This document shows positions 1 to 12,710 of a DNA stretch of 64,000 bases, one piece after another (the stretch's first letter is position 1; each line of letters starts with the position of its first letter). A program made the position numbers and the translations under genes. Below the pieces are notes generated by a model. It saw nothing but the letters and a program-made list of their open reading frames with translations. It did no database searches and had not been told where the DNA came from. Source of the DNA: the human T2T-CHM13v2.0 reference genome, Homo sapiens. Where the stretch lies: the NCBI GenBank assembly GCA_009914755.4, contig CP068257.2:32672001-32736000 (forward strand). Direction: 5' to 3'.

Positions 1-1665
1 TATGATACACTTAACCAGATAGCGGCCATTTACCCAAGTGACCTAAAAAGTTGCTAGCTTTGAGTGGGACCTAGAAAAAGAAAACACTGCACTAGATCCC
101 AGCTGCTGTGCCTGCTGCTCTGCTACTCAGGCCATATGATCCAGCAGATCCAATGGCATTTGAAGTGTCAGTGGCAGATGGGGATGCTGTTTGGAGTTTT
201 TGGCAGGCCCTTGTAGGCAAATTACAGCACAGGGCTTTAAAATTTTGGAGCAAGGCCCTGCCATTATCTGAAGGTAATTACTCTCCTTTTGAGAGACAGC
301 TCTTGGCCTGCTACTGGGTCTTAATAGAGACTGACCATGTAACCACAGGCCACCAAGTTATCATGAAACCAGAGCTGCCCATCATGGTTTGGATATTGTC
401 TGACCCATCAAGCCATAGAATTGGGCATGTAAAGAAACACTCCATGATCAAATGAAGTGGTATATATGATTGGTCCCAAGTGGGCCCTGAAAACACAAGT
501 AAGTTACATGAAAAAGTGACCCAAATGCCTGTGGTTCCACCCCTGTTATGCCTTTTCTCCTTCTCCCAGCTTCATGGGAGTTTCCCTATGGCTACATGTA
601 GGGAATCAGTTGAGAGGGGAAGAGAGAACCCAGTCCTGGTTTACAGATGGTTCTGCACAATATCCAGGCACCACCTGAAAGCGGATGGCTGCAGCTCTAC
701 AGCCCCTCTCTGGGCCACCCCTGAAGGACAGTGGTGAAGGGAAATCCTCCCATTGGGCAGAAATCTGAGCCACACTTCTGATGGTTCACTTTACTTGGAA
801 GGCGAAATGGCCAGACATGCAATTATATACTGATTCATAGGCTGGGGTCATCCTGACTGGGTGGTCAGGAGCTTGGAAATTCACTCTTCCTACCATGTTC
901 TCCACCATCCTGAAGCAGCTAACTCGATAGAACAGTGGAATGGCCTTTTGTAGATGCAGTTATCATGTCAGCTAGGTGGTAATACCTTGCAGAGTTAGGG
1001 CAAGGTTCTCCAGAAGGCTCTCTATGCTTTGTATCAGCATCTAATACATGGTACTACTTCTCTGATAGCCAGGATTCTTGGGTCCAAGGAAATTGGAGTG
1101 ACTCACTATTACCCACTAGCAAAATTTTGCTTCTTATTCTTATGACTTTATGCTCTGCTGGGCTAGAGGTCTTATTTCTGGAGGAAGGAATGCTTCCACC
1201 AAGAGACACAGCGATGATTCCATTGAATAGAAAGTTAAGACTGCCACCTAGCCACTTTGGGCTCCTCATGCCTCAAAAACCACAGGCAAGGAAGTTGTGT
1301 TATTGGCTGGGTGATTGGTCCTGATTACCAAGGGGAAATTGTACTATAGCTCCACAGTGAAGGTAAGGAAGAGTATGACTGGATTATAGGAGATACCTTC
1401 TGGTATCTCTTAGTATTACTATGTCCTGTGATTAAGGTCAATGGAAAATGACAACAGTCCAATCCAGGCTGGGCTAGTAATGGCCCAGACCTTTGGGGAA
1501 TGAATGTTTGGGTCACCCCACTGGGTAAAGAACCATAACCAGCTGAGGTGCTTGCTGAAGGCAAAGGGAAAACAGAATGGGTAATGGAAGAAAGTGATTA
1601 TTAATACCAGCTACAACAATTAAGTAGTTACAGAAATGGACTTAACGGTCACAAATATTTCCTCC
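1..1665 (+). mobile_element. Degenerate endogenous retrovirus internal fragment (ERV-L-like pol 3' part: RNaseH/tether remnant, integrase core, C-terminal dUTPase)
   Basis: The + strand translation in several frames gives YSPFERQLLACYWVLIETDHVTTGHQVIMKPELPIMVWILSDPSSHRIGH (108-455), a typical retroviral pol tether. It gives YHVLHHPEAANSIEQWNGLLK (~888-950), which matches the integrase motif YHPQSSG-VER-N--LK with the catalytic E. It gives GPDYQGEIVL..LHSEGKEEYDW..LLVLLCPVIKVNGK (~1310-1440), which are dUTPase motifs lying downstream of the integrase. dUTPase after IN is the arrangement known for ERV-L. The reading frame is broken by many stops and frameshifts. Confidence 0.55.
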
Positions 1666-1680
1666 TCATTCTGCTATGAA

Positions 1681-1720
1681 TGTGTGTGTGTGTACGTGTG
1701 TGTGTGCATGTGTGTGTATC
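1681..1720. repeat. (TG)n microsatellite, imperfect
   Basis: The run tgtgtgtgtgtgtacgtgtgtgtgtgcatgtgtgtgtatc is seen directly. Confidence 0.9.
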
Positions 1721-1939
1721 TTTGTTTTCTTTCCTCTCCTGTTCCCTTACCATGCAACATAAGATCCACTGATTTTTGTCATAGTATGTAAGTATTAATT
1801 TCACACCACAGTGTTTAAATTAGGGGTATCAAGGGAAAGAGTAAATATCACTCAAGGACTTTACTTCCTCTTCTGGGGAAGGGGTCAGTGTATTTTTGGT
1901 TGTATGCAGGATGATTGTATCATATTAGATGGAATTATG

Positions 1940-2480
1940 ACCTCATTATTACCTTTATTTGGAGATTAAGTATGGTTTAAGGAGATGTGTATGGGTGCCC
2001 AAGTTGACAAGGGTTGGAGTTGTGGTGGAAAACTTTATGTGTAAATTTGACAGGCCTCAGGATACCCAGATTAAGAATCATTTCTTTGTGTGTCTGTGAG
2101 GGTGTTTTCAGATAAGAGCAGCATTTGAATTGATGGACTCCATAAAGTAGATGGCACTCCCCAATGTGGGTGGGCACCATCTCATCTGCTGAGGGCCTCA
2201 ATAGAGCAAAAGGAAGGGGAAGGAGGAATTCGGTCTCTTTTGCTTCCTGCCTGTCTGCTTTAGTGTGGATAACACATCTCATCTTTTTTGACCCTTGAAC
2301 TGGGATTTATACCATCAGCTCTCCTGGTTCTCAGGATTTTGGATTCAAACTGAATCACACCATAGGCTTTCCCAGATCTCCAACCTGCTGACAGTAGATG
2401 CTGGTACTTGTCAGCCTCCAGAATCACATAAGCCAGTTCTTGTATCCTGCTGGTTCTGTTTCTGTGGAGAACAGGAGTTC
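1940..2480 (+). mobile_element. Solo LTR, class III (MaLR/ERVL-type, MLT-like)
   Basis: The segment gtgggtgggcaccatctcatctgctgagggcctcaatagagcaaaagg...ctgggatttataccatcagctctcctggttctcagg...gcctccagaatcacataagccagttc matches my memory of MLT-family LTR consensus blocks. The exact subfamily is not resolved. Confidence 0.4.
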
Positions 2481-3699
2481 AGCATTAGCATTCCCAAATA
2501 GAAAGGACATGGGCCTCGGAGTCAGCTAGGTCTAAATTCAAAATGTGATTCCACAGTTTACAAGCCTGTAGCCTTTTATCTGTGACCTGTGACTTGGCCT
2601 ATCTGAGACTATAAAATAAGGACAATAATGTTTCCTTTGGGGGTGAGGTGAGAATTAAAGACAACGTAGGTAAAGAAGAGTCAGTGAGCAAAGGGTGAGA
2701 GGCTAGTGGTGGGGAAGAGAGGACTATGGCTTGACCCTTAGGCAGCAGATAGCTCCCTGAGTTGAGGGAACGTGATCAGCTGAGAGGTCCCAGGAGCATA
2801 ACCAGCTGGCTATGAGAAGAGAGATTAAAAGGGCAGATTACATCAAGAGAGACCAGTTAGGAGCCACACAACAAGCCACACCTGAGGCAGTTTGGGCCAA
2901 CCAAGATGGCGGCAATGAGTGAGGTAGGAGAGGAAGGCTTGGGGAGACACTTCAAACTGTTACACTTCAAACTGTTTCTTTACCAATGAATGCTGAGATT
3001 ATAGTAGACCTCAGGCCTCTAGTGGATCATTTAGCAGATAACAGCTGTTCACACAGCAGAGGCAGTTCATAGTTCCTAATTGTCCTATCATCTTCCATTC
3101 TCTCCCAGGTTGAATCTGTTCTTCAGAAAACCTGGAATGAACTTTCCAAATCATCTTATTGTAATGCTTCCCTGTGTTCGTCTTTCTTGGGCTCCCCACT
3201 GTGGGGATTTTATCCCCACAGGATAAAATCGTACTGCTTTAGCATGGCCTAGATGAGGCCCTTCCTGACCTGGCCCTTGAGCTTCCTTACTGAAATGCTC
3301 ACTCACAAATATCCTTCACCTGAATCCTATGGCCACACAGAACTATTTGTTCTGACACTTCGATACCTTCATGCCTCTGCACATGCTTTTTCTCCTCTGC
3401 TTGGAATGTCCTACCCCGTTTTCTTCTTTGAAAACCTCTTTGTCCTCAACTAAAATCTCATCTACTGTGAGACACCTTTTCCATTGCTTTCAGAGAAATT
3501 AAAATACTTCTGTTGGGCCACATGGTACTCCCTGTGTACTTCTATTTAAGCTCCCATCACAGAGTTTTGTAAAGATTTGGGTAAAGTATTGCTTTCTCCT
3601 AGGAGTCAATGCCTACTAGGTATTCAGTAGTTAGTGCAAGTGTTGTTTCTTCATGTCCGCAAGTCTAGATTCCATCCTTTGCTATGCTCTTTCATAGAC

Positions 3700-3900
3700 C
3701 TGAATCTTTCTCTCAAAACCTGCATGTTCATGAGAGAGATTATCCAACCAATGCTCCTTTTCCTCCTAGGCTGCAAGCATCAGGACAGCAGAGACCAAAT
3801 TCATCATTGAATCCTCAACATCTAGCACAATATGCCTGGCATAAGGTAGGAGCCCAATAAATATTCTTTAAATATATGGATGAATGAATGAATGAGCGAA
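3700..3900 (+). mobile_element. MIR SINE fragment (3' part)
   Basis: The segment ctagcacaatatgcctggcataaggtaggagcccaataaatattc...gaatgaatgaatgag matches the MIR core/tail gcacagtgcctggcacatagtaggcgctcaataaatg...gaatgaatgaa. Confidence 0.45.
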
Positions 3901-6118
3901 TGGTTGAAGAGCACCTCCTTTGGATACTGTGAAGATCAACAAATCCCTTCTTCTGGAACTACTTTCTTCATTAGATAGAGTTCTTCTGGTTGCAATTTTA
4001 AAAAACTCAAAAAGTTTAAGCATTAACAGAAATTTATTAGAAAGTTGCTTGGCAAATCATTTAATTCAGGGAAGAGTTGAATGAGTCAACTGGAGAAAGA
4101 CAGTAACTATGCTGTTCTAGTGATGTCAGCCTCAGGAGTTAATAGCTCTTTCCCCAGGAACTTTGCTATTAATGTGATTAGTCCTCATCTCATCATCTCT
4201 TTCTCTCATTCAAATTTCAGATTCCTAGAAGAGAGAAGTTGATTGGCCCTTTTAGGTCAGGAATTTGTTCCTATACCAGTCAGCCCTCAGGAGGCAATTT
4301 CATGCAGGATAAACCTGGCTGCCAGCAGCCCATTTCTGTGGTTCCCAGAGAAAAAGGAATCCCCATGAGCAAAAGATGTAGAGTTACCAAGTCAGGTGTG
4401 CAACTCGGTCTCTTGATTCATATCTAGGATTGTTTCTTCTTTCTGTCTCCCTATTCCTTTATATGATTTATAATGATGGTGATGGAGTCCATAGGGTTTC
4501 TAGTAGGGAGAAATGACTGTGATGGAATGAGGGGTAAGGAACAAACACAAACTGGAGTTTGGTAACATTCTGAACAGTGTGTCCTGAGCATCATCCTCTG
4601 CATTGCCTAAGGTAACACTAGCTGCCATAAAACCAAACCCAAGATGTGTTAGGGCTCAAACACCATAGAAATTTATTTCTTGCTCTCCTAAATTCCAAAT
4701 ATGTCCCTGATCTGCTGGTGCCTCTCCTCCGAGAAGTGACTCAGGGACCCAGGCTCCTTCAATGTTGTTTTTTTTCCCCATAATATACAGAATCTGCCAA
4801 GGTCACTATATTAATATGCATCAAGTCTGTGAAGGGGAAAGAGCAAAGCGGATAAGACTTAGAAGTGATGCTCAACAGTTTTGCTCATATTCCACTGGCT
4901 AGAACTTGGTCACAGGCCACATCTAGTTCCCCCAGAGACTAGGAAATGAGCTAATCTGTGAGCCCAGGAAGAAAAGGAGTGATGTTAGATGAACTGTTAG
5001 CCCATCGATGGACTCTTAGCTGGATATACCTGTAGTTGTTTCCCCCGGCAAGTGGGTGTGTGTGCTTGTACCTGTTTGTTCTGCACTGTGTTACCCGGGG
5101 GCATATCTGGATGCATAGGAAGGTTAGAGTGTGTTGAGTGCCCAGAAGGATGGATTTTCTCTGGACTTGTTCATCTACATAAGGATTTTCCTCTCTCTAG
5201 AAACTTCCCCCTAAACCATAAGATCAAAACCCTATAGGCCTTGCTGATACTACATGACCTCCCTGCCCTGGGCACAATTGCTTGGCACAGGGTTAGATGC
5301 CTGAATGATCAGTCAGATTCTCATCTGGAAATCTGAAATTCAATCAGGGAGTCAGATCATGGAGGTGGGCTGTGGAGTCATCTACATAGCAGCTGCATGG
5401 ATGAAGAAAGCCCTGGAAGAACTGTGGCTCCAGTCTTCCCAAGGCCAATTGCTCATGGCTTCCTTGGCTGGGGGTAACTGTAGTATCAAATTATTTTATG
5501 TGTAAGTTACTCACATTGGTATTGGTGGCTATTTCTTGCAGCCAAAATAATTTTAGTTAATAAAGAAAAATGTCATGTTTATTTGACGTTGAGCAAATCA
5601 CTCTAACAGCCACAGTTTTCTCATATATAAAATGAGAATAGTTTCATCTGCTCTGCCTACCTCTTGGGACTATTGTAACAGTTTAATGGAACAAAGTACA
5701 TAAAGTGCTTCAGAAACAGTGAAAATCCATACACACATTAAGTGGGGCTATTTGTCTACAGCAAGAAGAGTTTTAAGAGCGTTCTCCAAGTATGAAATAG
5801 TTTTTCTTTCTTTCTTTTTAAACTTTAATAACTTTGTGGTCAATCCCTCTCAAGTTCAGGAAGTCTCCATAGTTGGAGGCTTACTTTTCTTTTCTTTTGC
5901 TAGATATTTAATACTTTGATTACTTCTGACACTGAAATTACCCATTATGGTGTTGTCCTTTGCCAAACCAAGCCTGATTTTTGTATTATTATTGCTGTTT
6001 GGGGCCATTTTCAGCAGCTCTGCTTGACAGTCTGAATAGAGCAATTGTTCTCAACCACATCATACCCAGTGTCCTCTTTGTATAACACATTTCACACCTC
6101 CTTACTTTTCTGGAATGA

Positions 6119-6880
6119 AATTGTATTAGTTGCTTGGGCAGCCATAACAAAGTATCACAGACTGGGTGGCTTAAACCAGGGGTCCCCAGCCCCTGGGCCA
6201 TGGACTGGTACCAGTGCGTGGCCTATTAGGAACTGGGCCATACAGCAGGCGGTAGGTGGTGGGCAAGCAAGCATTACCACCTGAGCTCTGTCCCCTGTCC
6301 AGTCAGCAGTGGCATTATATTCTCATAGGAGCGAAAACCCTATTGTGAACTGTACATGTGAGGGATCTAGGTTGCACGCTAATGAGATTTTAACTAATGC
6401 CTGATGATCTGAGGTGGAACAGTTTCATCCCCAAACCATCCCCTGCCCAACCCCATCCCACGGAAAAATTATCTTCCATGAAACTGGTCCCTGGTGCCAA
6501 AATGGTTGGGGACTGCTGGCTTAAACAACAGAAATGTATTGTCTCAAAGTTCTGGGGGCTGTAAGTCTTGTCATAAATGTCATCAAGGTTGTTTTCTTCT
6601 GAGGCTGTGAGAGTCTATTCCAGGCCTTTCTCCTTGGCTTGTAGATGACTGTTTTCTCCCTGTGTCTTTTTATAGCATCCTCCTTCTATGTGTGTTTCTA
6701 TGTCCAAATTTCCCTTTTTAATATGGACACCCTTCGTCTTGCATTAAGGCCTATCCTAAAGACCTCATTTTGATTTGATTGTCTCGGTAAAGACCCAATG
6801 TCCAAATAAATATGTTCTGAGGTCCTGGGGGTTAGAACTTCAGCATATCTTTTTTGGGAGACACAACTCAACCCAGAACA
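6119..6880 (+). mobile_element. LTR-like interspersed repeat (copy 1 of 3), split by nested hAT insertion
   Basis: The segment starts ttgcttgggcagccataacaaagtatcacagactgggtggcttaaac and ends gggagacacaactcaacccagaaca, with TG...CA-style termini. Two further copies lie at 25685-26074 and 42579-42972. I could not recall the family name with confidence; it may be an ERVL/MaLR-superfamily LTR. Confidence 0.5.
6177..6518 (-). mobile_element. MER1-type non-autonomous hAT (Charlie-group) DNA transposon, nested in the LTR-like repeat
   Basis: The termini caggggtccccagcc ... ggttggggactgctg are an imperfect inverted repeat of the MER1 TIR CAGGGGTCCCCAACC. The element is about 340 bp. It is flanked by a perfect 8-bp direct duplication, gcttaaac, at 6169-6176 and 6519-6526. 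An 8-bp TSD is the hAT hallmark. Confidence 0.7.
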
Positions 6881-9351
6881 GAATTATAATTCTGTTGTAA
6901 TTAATCATAGAGAGGTTATAACTAATCATATAACCTCTCTACACATATTATTTTTAAAAGGTTGACATAATGCTCTGACTTAAAAATAAATAGAAAGTTA
7001 TTTATAATAAAACAGTATGTGTTTCCATAGGTAAATGCTCAGGCAGGAATAAAGTAGAAAATATGATGCCCAACTTGATACCTGGGCCACTATGCCACCT
7101 CCCTGAGAAAGAAACAGATAGAAATGCAGCCTGCTCAAGTGAGCTATGTTGGCCACTCAAACACTGTACAAGGGGAACTGCTGTCAGTAACATGGTGTCC
7201 CAAATAGTGATTGACTCTTGGCAAACAAAATACAACCCTCCCTCTGTTGACATGGTAGTCGCATTCCTGGAAAATTCAGCATATTTAAAAACCTTCCAAG
7301 GAATGCTTTGTGTTTGTATGTAAAACAGAACAGAGATTTTACCTACATGAAGCCCTGGTGAAACGCTTGAACATCAGGCATTATGTGGATGACTCTTCTC
7401 TGCAGGGAATTGTCCCAGGCATTGCAAGATGTCGAGCCTTCTTTGCCCCCACCAAATAAATATCAGTAGGACATCCCCCAGTCACTATGACAAATGAAGC
7501 ACACAAATTGCTAAAATGGTTCTGATCCATTGAGAACCCTTAGAGGAGAGAGGGCTTCAAATCGTCCAAGGGAGCAACTGCAAAGAAAAGACAGGTGTGA
7601 GAGCCAATGGGGTGTGCCATGCTGAAAGTAACGTGTCTGCTTTCCAATCAAATACTTGGAACCTCCAGGGTCAGGAAGGACAGCATAGGACACAGCGACT
7701 CGAGTCCTGTCTGCCATGTCATATGCCTGTGTGGGACTTGGAGGTCTCAACTCTCTTCTCTCATGAGTCAGATGTGATAAGCCCAGCAAAAGACAATTAC
7801 TGATTTCAGAGCGTATAGTCTAGTGATGAAGAAAGACCTAAGCAGGTATATTACAATACAATGTGTGTTAAGTATTGGGTACTGTGGGAGTTTGTAAAAA
7901 GGGACACTGTACCCGGGCTGGGATGTGGGGTATGATAAGGGAATTCTGGTCAAATATCAGAGGGTGACAGAAAGAGTACCCCAGGGAGCAATGTACTTCT
8001 GTGGTGTTGCTTTCATTCTCAGTGGGGACAGAAGATGATGACGTGGACAGGGGACCCTAGTTTCACAGATAGGAAGCAGGATGTGGGGTAGGGAGCTGGG
8101 GTGTCCCCTTGGACCCCATTCTCAATCCTGGTGCCACCTGAACTTCAATCAATACCTGGAACTCCCAAAGTCTCCGTGCCCAAGTCACATCCCATTCTTC
8201 TTCCGGTTTTGTCACCTTTCTTAACTCTGTCTTCTGAATGTAAACTCTACCCTAGCAGCAGAGAACAAATATTCAAGGGTGGCATATCCTGGGGGTTCAG
8301 GTCTGGCTTGAGCTTTGGAGAAGCCGATCCTCTTGGGAGTCACAGTAGGCTCCTGATTCCGTAGACAGCCCCTAGATGCATCTTCCCGGGGCTTGCACCT
8401 ATAGAGATATGGGTACAACATGCTGTACCATCTGGCATCTCCTCCATGATGGCAGAAGGAACTGCCCTCTCTTAGTCCACCCCCACCTCCCATCTGTCCT
8501 CTCCTCAGTTGCACATGTTCCCAGCTGTGTTCACCATCAGGGAGGTTTTCATCCATGTCCAACCTCCTAACAAGGAACTCTGGATTCCAGCTAGAAGATG
8601 GGGACAGAGAAATGTTTAAAGGCACTCCTAATGTCAACAAGAAGAATCAAATTAAACAAAAAAGCTTCTGAGTGGGGTCCAGGGCCTCAAGAACACATCT
8701 TTATACTAGGACTTGGACAAAGACTTTGATGAAGGGAACAAATGGGGAAAATGCAGTCCCTGCTTGTCCTCTGTAAAGCTGAAGGCGGTATAAACACTTC
8801 CAGACATTATTTCTAGCCAGGGAAAGATGCTGACCAGTTGCCCAAAGCCAAAGACTGCCAGGAGTAATAAGAAAACTCTTTAAGCATGATTTTCCCATCT
8901 GTTTAATTTCTTATGCTGAAAAAGAAGAAAAAAATATAAATAAATGATTCAGAGAAATGTCACATGCAATTACCTCCACCAGGGAAAAACAAACAAGGCT
9001 TCACTTCATTAGGAAGGTTCTCATGTGACCTGTGTCTTCTGGTGGGGTGACTGTTCCTCCCGGTTGGAGGTCTTCAACCTAGGAGCTTCCAAGTTGAGTT
9101 GCTCAAGTTCAACTTTGGCTGAAACTTAGCTCTGGCAGCCAGGCAGGACCGTCTCTAAGGGTATCTATCCCACAGGCACCTCCCTCTCTCCTCAATCACA
9201 TTGTCCAAAGATGAAATCAAGTGAAAGGATGCATTGGAGCAGTCTAGAGTATGAGAAGTCAGTGATGGGCCTATTGGTGTTGGCTCAGGTGTGCTGGTGC
9301 AGGGAGGCAGGGGCTTGCCCTATGGGTGTGCTCACCAGCCCACCATCTTTT

Positions 9352-9388
9352 TTTATTTTAATTTTAATTTTAATTTTTTTAAGCACCA
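9352..9388. repeat. (TTTTAA)n-like simple repeat
   Basis: The run ttttttattttaattttaattttaatttttttaag is seen directly. Confidence 0.8.
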
Positions 9389-10324
9389 ATTGTGCAAACT
9401 AGACTTTAGTCCCTTAGTAGCTTCCCTGGGATCACTAAGATCAAATTACAGCATGGTCTCAGTCGGCAAACACTCTAATGGGCCATGCCCTTGGGGTTGA
9501 TTCTGCCCATCAACATCAGAGCAAAGAAAGCCAATTTGGACCTTTAACTTAAATCTAGTCTTTCGAGGACAGTGAGTGTTTGCCATCCTTGTAAGCCACA
9601 AGCAGTTGATCATTCAACAACTCCCATTAAAAACAGTGTCCTTTAAAAATTCTCTCTGCAGAGCACAGAGCCCAGGGTCTTATAGGCACGGGTCTTCGGT
9701 GAACATTGAAGATGGTGAGTGTTAAGTGGTGGTTGCTTCCTGTGCTAAGACCTCTGCCCCCATGTCTACTGCAAGCAGATGACCACACCACTAGTTTTTC
9801 AGAAAAAGCCAAGGTCAGGTTCCACTAGCTACTTCAACTTTTCTGTTTCATATATCATAGTTTTTCTAGATCTTTCCTTCCCTTTTTCTTTTCTTTCTCT
9901 TTTATCTCAGAAGAAGGAAAGAGGAGTATGTGTCTTCATCTCCCTTCAGACAAGACCCTAACCTATGTGTTGGTCTCATCTGCTCCTTTCTCATTTGGAA
10001 TCTTTCTCCAATAATTCGTTTCACTTATTCAAATTCTCCCCTCTACTGCCTTCTTCTACTTTGTCTGCAAATGCCTCTAGCTTTCCCTTCATACCTCAAA
10101 CTTGGCTTGTCTAAAAATGCAGTTATGTTTTACCTAACAAAACCAGTCCATCTTTCCAGTGGGAGAAGGTTCTAAGCAACTGAGACCAAACTTTGGAGTT
10201 ATTTTTGATTCATCTGCCTTCTCTGCATGTCTCTGCATTCAGCCCTCTTTTCCATGACCACTGACAAATTTAGCTCAGGTCCCCATTATCTCACATTGGG
10301 AATACCAATGATAATGACAATTGT

Positions 10325-10575
10325 TTATGAAGTGTTTACTCTTGGCTGGGCACTGTGCTGCATACTTTAGATGCATTATCTCACCGTTCATATTAATCTT
10401 AGGGAGTACCTTCTATTATTATCCACCTTTTGCACATGGGGAGACTGAGGCTTAGTAAAGTAGCTTATCCAAGGTCTGTATAGTTGACAAATGGAAGAGC
10501 TAGGATTCACAAGCAGGTCAGCCGACCCACAGCTTGAGCTTTTAACTGTTAACACCAGGCTGACCACTGTGGTTG
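10325..10575 (-). mobile_element. MIR SINE
   Basis: The segment ggctgggcactgtgctgc...ggggagactgaggcttagtaaagtagcttatccaaggtc...acaagcaggtcagccgacccacagc matches the reverse complement of the MIR core. Confidence 0.6.
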
Positions 10576-12394
10576 CTTCCAAATCAATCTCATAAACACA
10601 CAGGTCTTCTGTGCTTCCTCTAGTCTACCTTCTTTTCTCTCTCTAATGTACCGTTGGGACTACATCTTCCCCAGCTCAAAATGTCTTGTTGGCTCTTCAC
10701 TGCCTGCAGGGTCAATTGCAAACACCTTAGCTTGGGCATTCAAGGTTCCAGTTCAAAGAGGATATTCATACCTATCTTTTCTGAGAAAATCCCTTCTTAA
10801 CTCTGTCTACTGAAATCTTCTGTTTCCTCCAAAGGCCATCGCAAAGGCCTCCATGAAACATTTTCTTACCACAGTAGCTAGAACAATTGTTCTCTTTGCT
10901 TAAACTGCCATTGTGCTTAATTTGGGCCACTCACATGGTGCTTGTGCTCTGGACTGATTCATAATATGATTATTTGCATATATGTGTTAGTTATATTCTT
11001 GAGGTCAAGATTATTTCTGTTTGTTTTTGCAGCCCTCATAACATCTATCAAAACATCTTAAACTAAGAAGTGTATTAATTAAATTAACTCTGGCTTCGGT
11101 AACAGATAGACTCTCAATATATTAGTGACTTAACATAATGCAAGTTTATTTCTCACTCATGTAAAGTTCAACTGATGATGGAGGGGTGGGAGTAGTGCTC
11201 TGCTCCACAGAGTCATTCAGGGGCCCAAACAGATGGAGACTCTGTTCTCTTCAAAATATGGCTTCCAACTTTGCTTTAGACATTGACAGCAGATGTAGTA
11301 ATACAGAGAATGGGGAGGAAAATGGCATGGGAGGTTTCATGGCCTGTGTCTAGAAGGAGCACATTCCATTGGCTGGAATTCAGTCTCATGGCCACATAAG
11401 GCATAAGAAAGACTAGGAAATGTAGTTCCTGAGTGTTAGGAAGGAGAAGAGATAGATTTGGGTTTTAGCTAACAAGTCCATATTTGTGGAATAAATAATT
11501 CATATATTGCTATTTATTTATCAGGGAGAGAGCTGAGTTAGGAATGGTGGTCTCTGGAGAAGGGTAGACACATCTCATGTGCTCAAGATGATCCATTGCT
11601 ATGAAGAAAGGTGTATTAAAAGATCTTTTTTAAAAATCTAAAACAATAAGAAAGAACTTCAGTGTGGCTGACATTCAGTATATGGAATGACACTGCTGCT
11701 TACATTTGATCCTCATGTCACTGGTCTCATGTCTCATCCAACACATGAGTTACCTTGAGAGGAGAATGTGCCCCTGTGTGCAGGAGATGACAGCAGCCCC
11801 TGTAACCATTCACTTGCATTCAGAGCCTTTTGACAAATTGCAAAATCTGTGAGCTTGGGTAAGTGGGTTCATCTTGTTTTTAACAAAACCAACCTCCATG
11901 AAGTGGATAAATAGCTTTCAATAAACCTATAGAGAAACTGCTTGCTGCAGATAATACTGATGCATGCTCTTTTTTGGCCACATTATGAGGCAGAACAATA
12001 TGAATAGAATCTGTTCTGGCAAAAAGTCACATACACACAAGAATTAAAATGACCAAAAAAAAAAAAAAAAACCCAAACCTGCTTGAAATATGAATTTACA
12101 TTCTCTACCATTAACAATGAAACTCAAGTTAAATATGTATTGCAACTTGTGCTATCAATTAAAGCTGGTGTGAAGTGAACACTATTTGTAAAACATTGAA
12201 AAATGTGTTATCTAGAATATGAAAGTAAATTTTTATAATTTGAATGTTTAGAGCCATTCATTAATCATTTTCAATCCAGCACTTTGCCACAATCACAATA
12301 AATTTGATGATCACTGTTTGAAGCCTGTATTGAAAAAGATTTCTTATTTAATAGTAAAATGTGAAAAGCTATATGCTATGAAGGAAATGCTTGG

Positions 12395-12710
12395 TTTTTT
12401 TTTTCTTTTTTTTTTTTTTCTTTTTAGAAGGAGGCTTGCTCTGTTGCCCAGGCTGGAGTGCATTGGTGCCGTCTTGGCTTACCACAACCTCCGCCTCCTG
12501 GGTTCAAGCGATTCTCCCTCCTCAGCCTCTTGAGTAGCTGGGATTACAGGCACACGCCACCCCACCCAGCTAATTTTTGTATTTTTAGTAGGGATGGGTT
12601 TTCACCATGTTGGTTGGCCAGGCTGGTCTTGAAATCCTGACCTCAGGTGATCTGCCTGCCTCGGCCTCCCAAAGTGCTGTGATTACAGGCGTGAGCCACC
12701 TCGCCCAGCC
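12395..12710 (-). mobile_element. Alu SINE, full length, minus orientation
   Basis: A poly-T at 12395 is followed by gcccaggctggagtgcattggtg...cctcagcctcttgagtagctgggattacaggc...ggccaggctggtcttgaaatcctgacctcaggtgatctgcctgcctcggcctcccaaagtgctgtgattacaggcgtgagccacctcgcccagcc. Confidence 0.95.

Noticed and set aside
12055-12075. Poly-A tracts at ~12055-12072 and ~43601-43625 as tails of unrecognised retroposed elements
   Set aside because: I could not identify a SINE, L1 or processed-pseudogene body upstream of either tract. They may be simple A-runs or tails of highly decayed elements. Evidence is insufficient to call them.
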